Of a stretch of DNA of 23,880 bases, positions 20,872-23,880 are shown in pieces. Source of the stretch: Octopus sinensis (lineage: Eukaryota); assembly GCF_006345805.1 (NCBI RefSeq), contig NW_021836525.1, positions 1 to 23,880 of the forward strand, written 5' to 3'. How positions within the stretch are numbered: the first letter of the stretch is position 1; every line of letters begins with the position of its first letter. The position numbers were made by a program, and so were the translations under genes. The notes under the pieces were generated by a model that was not told the origin of the DNA, ran no database searches, and saw only the letters and a list, made by a program, of their open reading frames with translations.

Positions 20872-21223
20872 AAAAATATATATATATATGTTGATACACA
20901 CGCGCGCATACACACACGCATACAGACATATATATATACACACATATGTATATATATATATATATATATAGTAACTTCTTAAGGAAAATGTTGACAGTGA
21001 TTTTGAAGTTTTGGATTGTTCGCCTTTGTAAAATCGAAAAATATATACAATAGTGCTATTCTGATGTAAGTACTTACCTAAAATTAACAGAAAACAAGAA
21101 AATTTGTCACAAAATTCGGCACCCTTTTCCCTGAAGAATATATCCGACAGACTGATAAAGGTAAGCAGGTCAAAACTTCGAAGTTACTGGCTACGGTTTT
21201 CTCGGAAATATTTAATAAATATA

Positions 21224-21595
21224 GGCACAGAAGTGGACGTGTGGTAAGATGCTTGCTTCCCAACCAGGTTCAGTACCACTGCGTGACATCTTCGGCAAGT
21301 TTCTTCTACTATAACCTCCGCCTGACCAAAGCATTGTGAATGGATTTGGTAGATGGAAACTGAAAGAAGCCCGTCGTACACACACACACACACCACACAC
21401 ACACACACACACACACTCACACACACACACACACACAAACACACACATATATGCATTTGTTTGTGTGTCTGTGTTTGTCCCCCCACCGATAGAGTAAGTA
21501 CTACGCTTTCAAAGAACAAGTCCTGGGGTCGATTTGCTGGACTGAAGGTAGTGTTCTAGCATGGCCGCTAGTAGACGAGAAAAAGAGTAAAAGAG
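21224..21595 (+). mobile_element. Family A CORE-type SINE, near full-length, internal (CA)n and a ~65-bp deletion
   Basis: tRNA-like head, CORE-like ATCTTCGGCAAGTTTCTTCT, internal microsatellite, and tail CTGGGGTCGATTTGCT..AGCATGGCCGC..AGTAAAAGAG. Confidence 0.9.
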
Positions 21596-21714
21596 CATAC
21601 CTTAAACTCAAAAATATTTTGTAAGCGCTCAGTTTAACGTAAATGCTTCTCGATATAAAAACAAATGTGTATCTGTGCGTATATATGTGTTTGTGCGTGA
21701 GTATACATACTCGC

Positions 21715-21795
<81 letters not shown>

Positions 21796-21854
21796 TAATA
21801 AATAAAACATATGCATATATATACACCTACCTCTACATGTATATATACACGCAT

Positions 21855-22060
21855 ATATGAGTACAGGACACCAAAAAAACGTCAAACACAATGAGAAACG
21901 AAAACATAGACACAAACCCAAGGAACTGGACATTTTTCTTAAACAACAACATAGAGTACAGGACAAATAACACAAGGAAAAAACCCCTTCTTCAGTCGCC
22001 ATGGTTTCATCTACTCTACGTTTCGAAGGTGAAGGCGAGACGTATCTTCGATAGAAACTT
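21855..22060 (-). repeat. Dispersed repeat family C, copy 2
   Basis: The reverse complement shares two blocks with 12158-12295; contains a TCGAAG..CTTCGA hairpin at about 22023-22050. Confidence 0.75.
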
Positions 22061-22064
22061 TCCT

Positions 22065-22135
22065 ATATTATATACATATATAACATGTATATATATATAT
22101 ATATATATTTATACATACATATATATTTAATATAT

Positions 22136-22167
<32 letters not shown>

Positions 22168-22209
22168 CATATAACATAATATATACACATATATATAATA
22201 TCTATTTTA

Positions 22210-22281
<72 letters not shown>

Positions 22282-22327
22282 ATATGTATGTATAAATATA
22301 TATACTATATATATATATATATATATG
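22065..22327. repeat. (TA)n tract
   Basis: Direct reading. Confidence 0.95.
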
Positions 22328-22362
22328 TACTTATTTAAAAGCAGCAGAAATATAACAAAAAC

Positions 22363-22398
22363 TGTTACTCGGAGTTTCCCGTTCCCGTTCGTCGGACA
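22363..22398 (-). ncRNA. Identical hammerhead-like motif on the opposite strand
   Basis: The reverse complement of 22363-22398 is identical to 22468-22503. Confidence 0.55.
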
Positions 22399-22467
22399 CT
22401 TTTGTTAAAATAGACCGAAATAACAATTTTATCAAAATTGTTATTTCGGTTTCTATTTTAACAAAAA

Positions 22468-22503
22468 TGTCCGACGAACGGGAACGGGAAACTCCGAGTA
22501 ACA
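22468..22503 (+). ncRNA. Minimal type I hammerhead-ribozyme-like motif (variant core)
   Basis: TGT-CCGACGA-ACG[GGAA]CGG-GAAA-CTC[C]GAG-TA-ACA. All elements are in hammerhead order. Deviations: U4>C, an A-G pair at the base of stem II, and a 1-nt loop III. Confidence 0.55.
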
Positions 22504-22607
22504 GCTTTGTTATGTTTTCTGCTGCTTTTAAATAAAGCATACTACTCTACCTCTGGTATTGAGTACTCTTTTTTCCACCTTGTTTCACATTTATGTGCTT
22601 ACTCCGG

Positions 22608-22633
22608 TATATATATAATATATATAATATATA

Positions 22634-22679
<46 letters not shown>

Positions 22680-22735
22680 TATATATTATTATTATATATA
22701 TGTATGTATATATATATATATACTTATATGTATAC
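22608..22735. repeat. (TA)n tract
   Basis: Direct reading. Confidence 0.95.
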
Positions 22736-22736
22736 A

Positions 22737-23101
22737 GTGGCGCTCCGTCAGTTACGACGACGAGGGTTCCAGTTGATCCGATCAACGGAACAGCCTGCTC
22801 GTGAAATTAACATGCAAGTGGCTGAGCACTCTTCAGACACGTGTACCCTTAACGTAGATCTTGGGGGAGATTCAGCGTCTCACAGAGTGTGACAAGACTG
22901 GTCCTTTGAAATACAGGTATAACAGAAAGAGTGAGAGAAAACTGTGGTGAACAGGTACAGCACGGTTCGCCACCATCCCTTGCCGGAGCATCGTGGTGCT
23001 TTAGGTGTGTTCGCTCAATAAACACTCACAACGCCCGGTCTGGGAATCGAAACTGCGATCCTACAACCGTGAGTCCGCTGCCCTAACCACTGGCCCATTG
23101 C
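22737..23101 (-). mobile_element. tRNA-derived SINE (family D), near full-length
   Basis: Minus strand begins GCAATGGGCCAGTGGTTAGGGCAGCGGACTCACGG..AGTTTCGATTCCCAGACCGGGCG (A and B boxes), followed by a ~300-bp body unrelated to families A and B. Confidence 0.8.
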
Positions 23102-23105
23102 TCCT

Positions 23106-23138
<33 letters not shown>

Positions 23139-23144
23139 TATATA

Positions 23145-23367
23145 CTTTTACTTTCTTTTTTTTACTTTTTTACTTGTTTCAATCATTTGACTGCGGCCAT
23201 GCTGGAGCACCACCTTTAGTCGAGCAAATCGACCCCGGGACTTATTCTTTGTAAGCCCAGTACTTATTCTATCGGTCTCTTTTGCCGAACCGCTAAGTGA
23301 CGGGGACGTAAACACACCAGCATCGGTTGTCAAGCAATGCTAGGGGGACAAACACAGACACACAAAC

Positions 23368-23414
<47 letters not shown>

Positions 23415-23575
23415 TACGACAGGCTTCTTTCAGTTTCCGTCTACCAAATCCACTCACAAGGCATTGGTCGGCCCGGGGCTATAGCAGAAGACACTTGCCC
23501 AAGATGCCACGCAGTAGGACTGAACCCGGAACCATGTGGTTGGTTAGCAAGCTACTTACCACACAGCCACTCCTG
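23145..23575 (-). mobile_element. Family A CORE-type tRNA SINE, best-preserved copy (OR1/OR2-like by memory)
   Basis: Head CAGGAGTGGCTGTGTGGTAAG..GGGTTCAGTCC; GGCATCTTGGGCAAGTGTCTTC resembles the MIR/CORE domain; internal (TA)n(TG)n; A-rich tail. Confidence 0.92.
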
Positions 23576-23880
23576 TGGGAGAGAGAGAGAGGGAGAGATT
23601 TTTTTATGTATATAGGGAAATGGTTGTGTATAAAGAATTTTGTAAGTCATGTTAGTGTTGGAGAGCAAAATAAATAAATCACTGGATTGTTAAGGCCCCG
23701 TGATAAGCTATCGATTCTAATGAGGGAAGAAATTAGGAGAAAAAACAATAAACATACATCAGTTTCGTCATTTTAAACGGGGTGGGTACGGGTGGGTAGT
23801 CGTTAGCAGAGGCCAGATTAAACAGTTGTAACCGGAAGTACTTCACGTTGATACTATAAACTTGAAGATGGAGCCAATAT

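Larger units (their letters stand above)
22331..22607. mobile_element. Foldback element: ~100-bp inverted arms (22331-22430 / 22434-22535, 3-nt loop ATC) plus a 3' extension to 22607; probable Penelope-like terminal repeat remnant
   Basis: Arms are near-perfect inverted copies, each with a hammerhead-like motif; (TA)n on both sides. The Penelope-like assignment is inference from this architecture. Confidence 0.7.

Overview
This is repeat-dense, AT-rich animal genomic DNA, intergenic or deep intronic. The SINE types and the microsatellite load suggest an octopus (inference). No intact host gene, RNA gene or prokaryotic-type system is supportable, and nearly all long ORFs in the track are translations of microsatellites. 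The window is a mosaic of decayed or near-intact mobile elements: a CR1/L2-like RT fragment, two RTE-type LINE 3' fragments, a Tx1/L1-clade LINE 3' part embedded in (GATA)n, and an R4/Dong-like RLE LINE split by a (TA)n-flanked insert. It also holds a full-length irritans-type mariner nested with a hAT MITE inside a Tigger/pogo-like MITE, at least four tRNA-derived SINE families, and two ~200-bp foldback palindromes. The best leads are: (1) a SINE whose 3' end matches the 3' end of the (GATA)n-embedded Tx1-like LINE, a candidate LINE-SINE pair; (2) a foldback carrying a minimal hammerhead-ribozyme-like motif on each strand; (3) a three-level transposon nest whose insertion order can be read from the target-site duplications. 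Family names come from motif recognition, not database searches.
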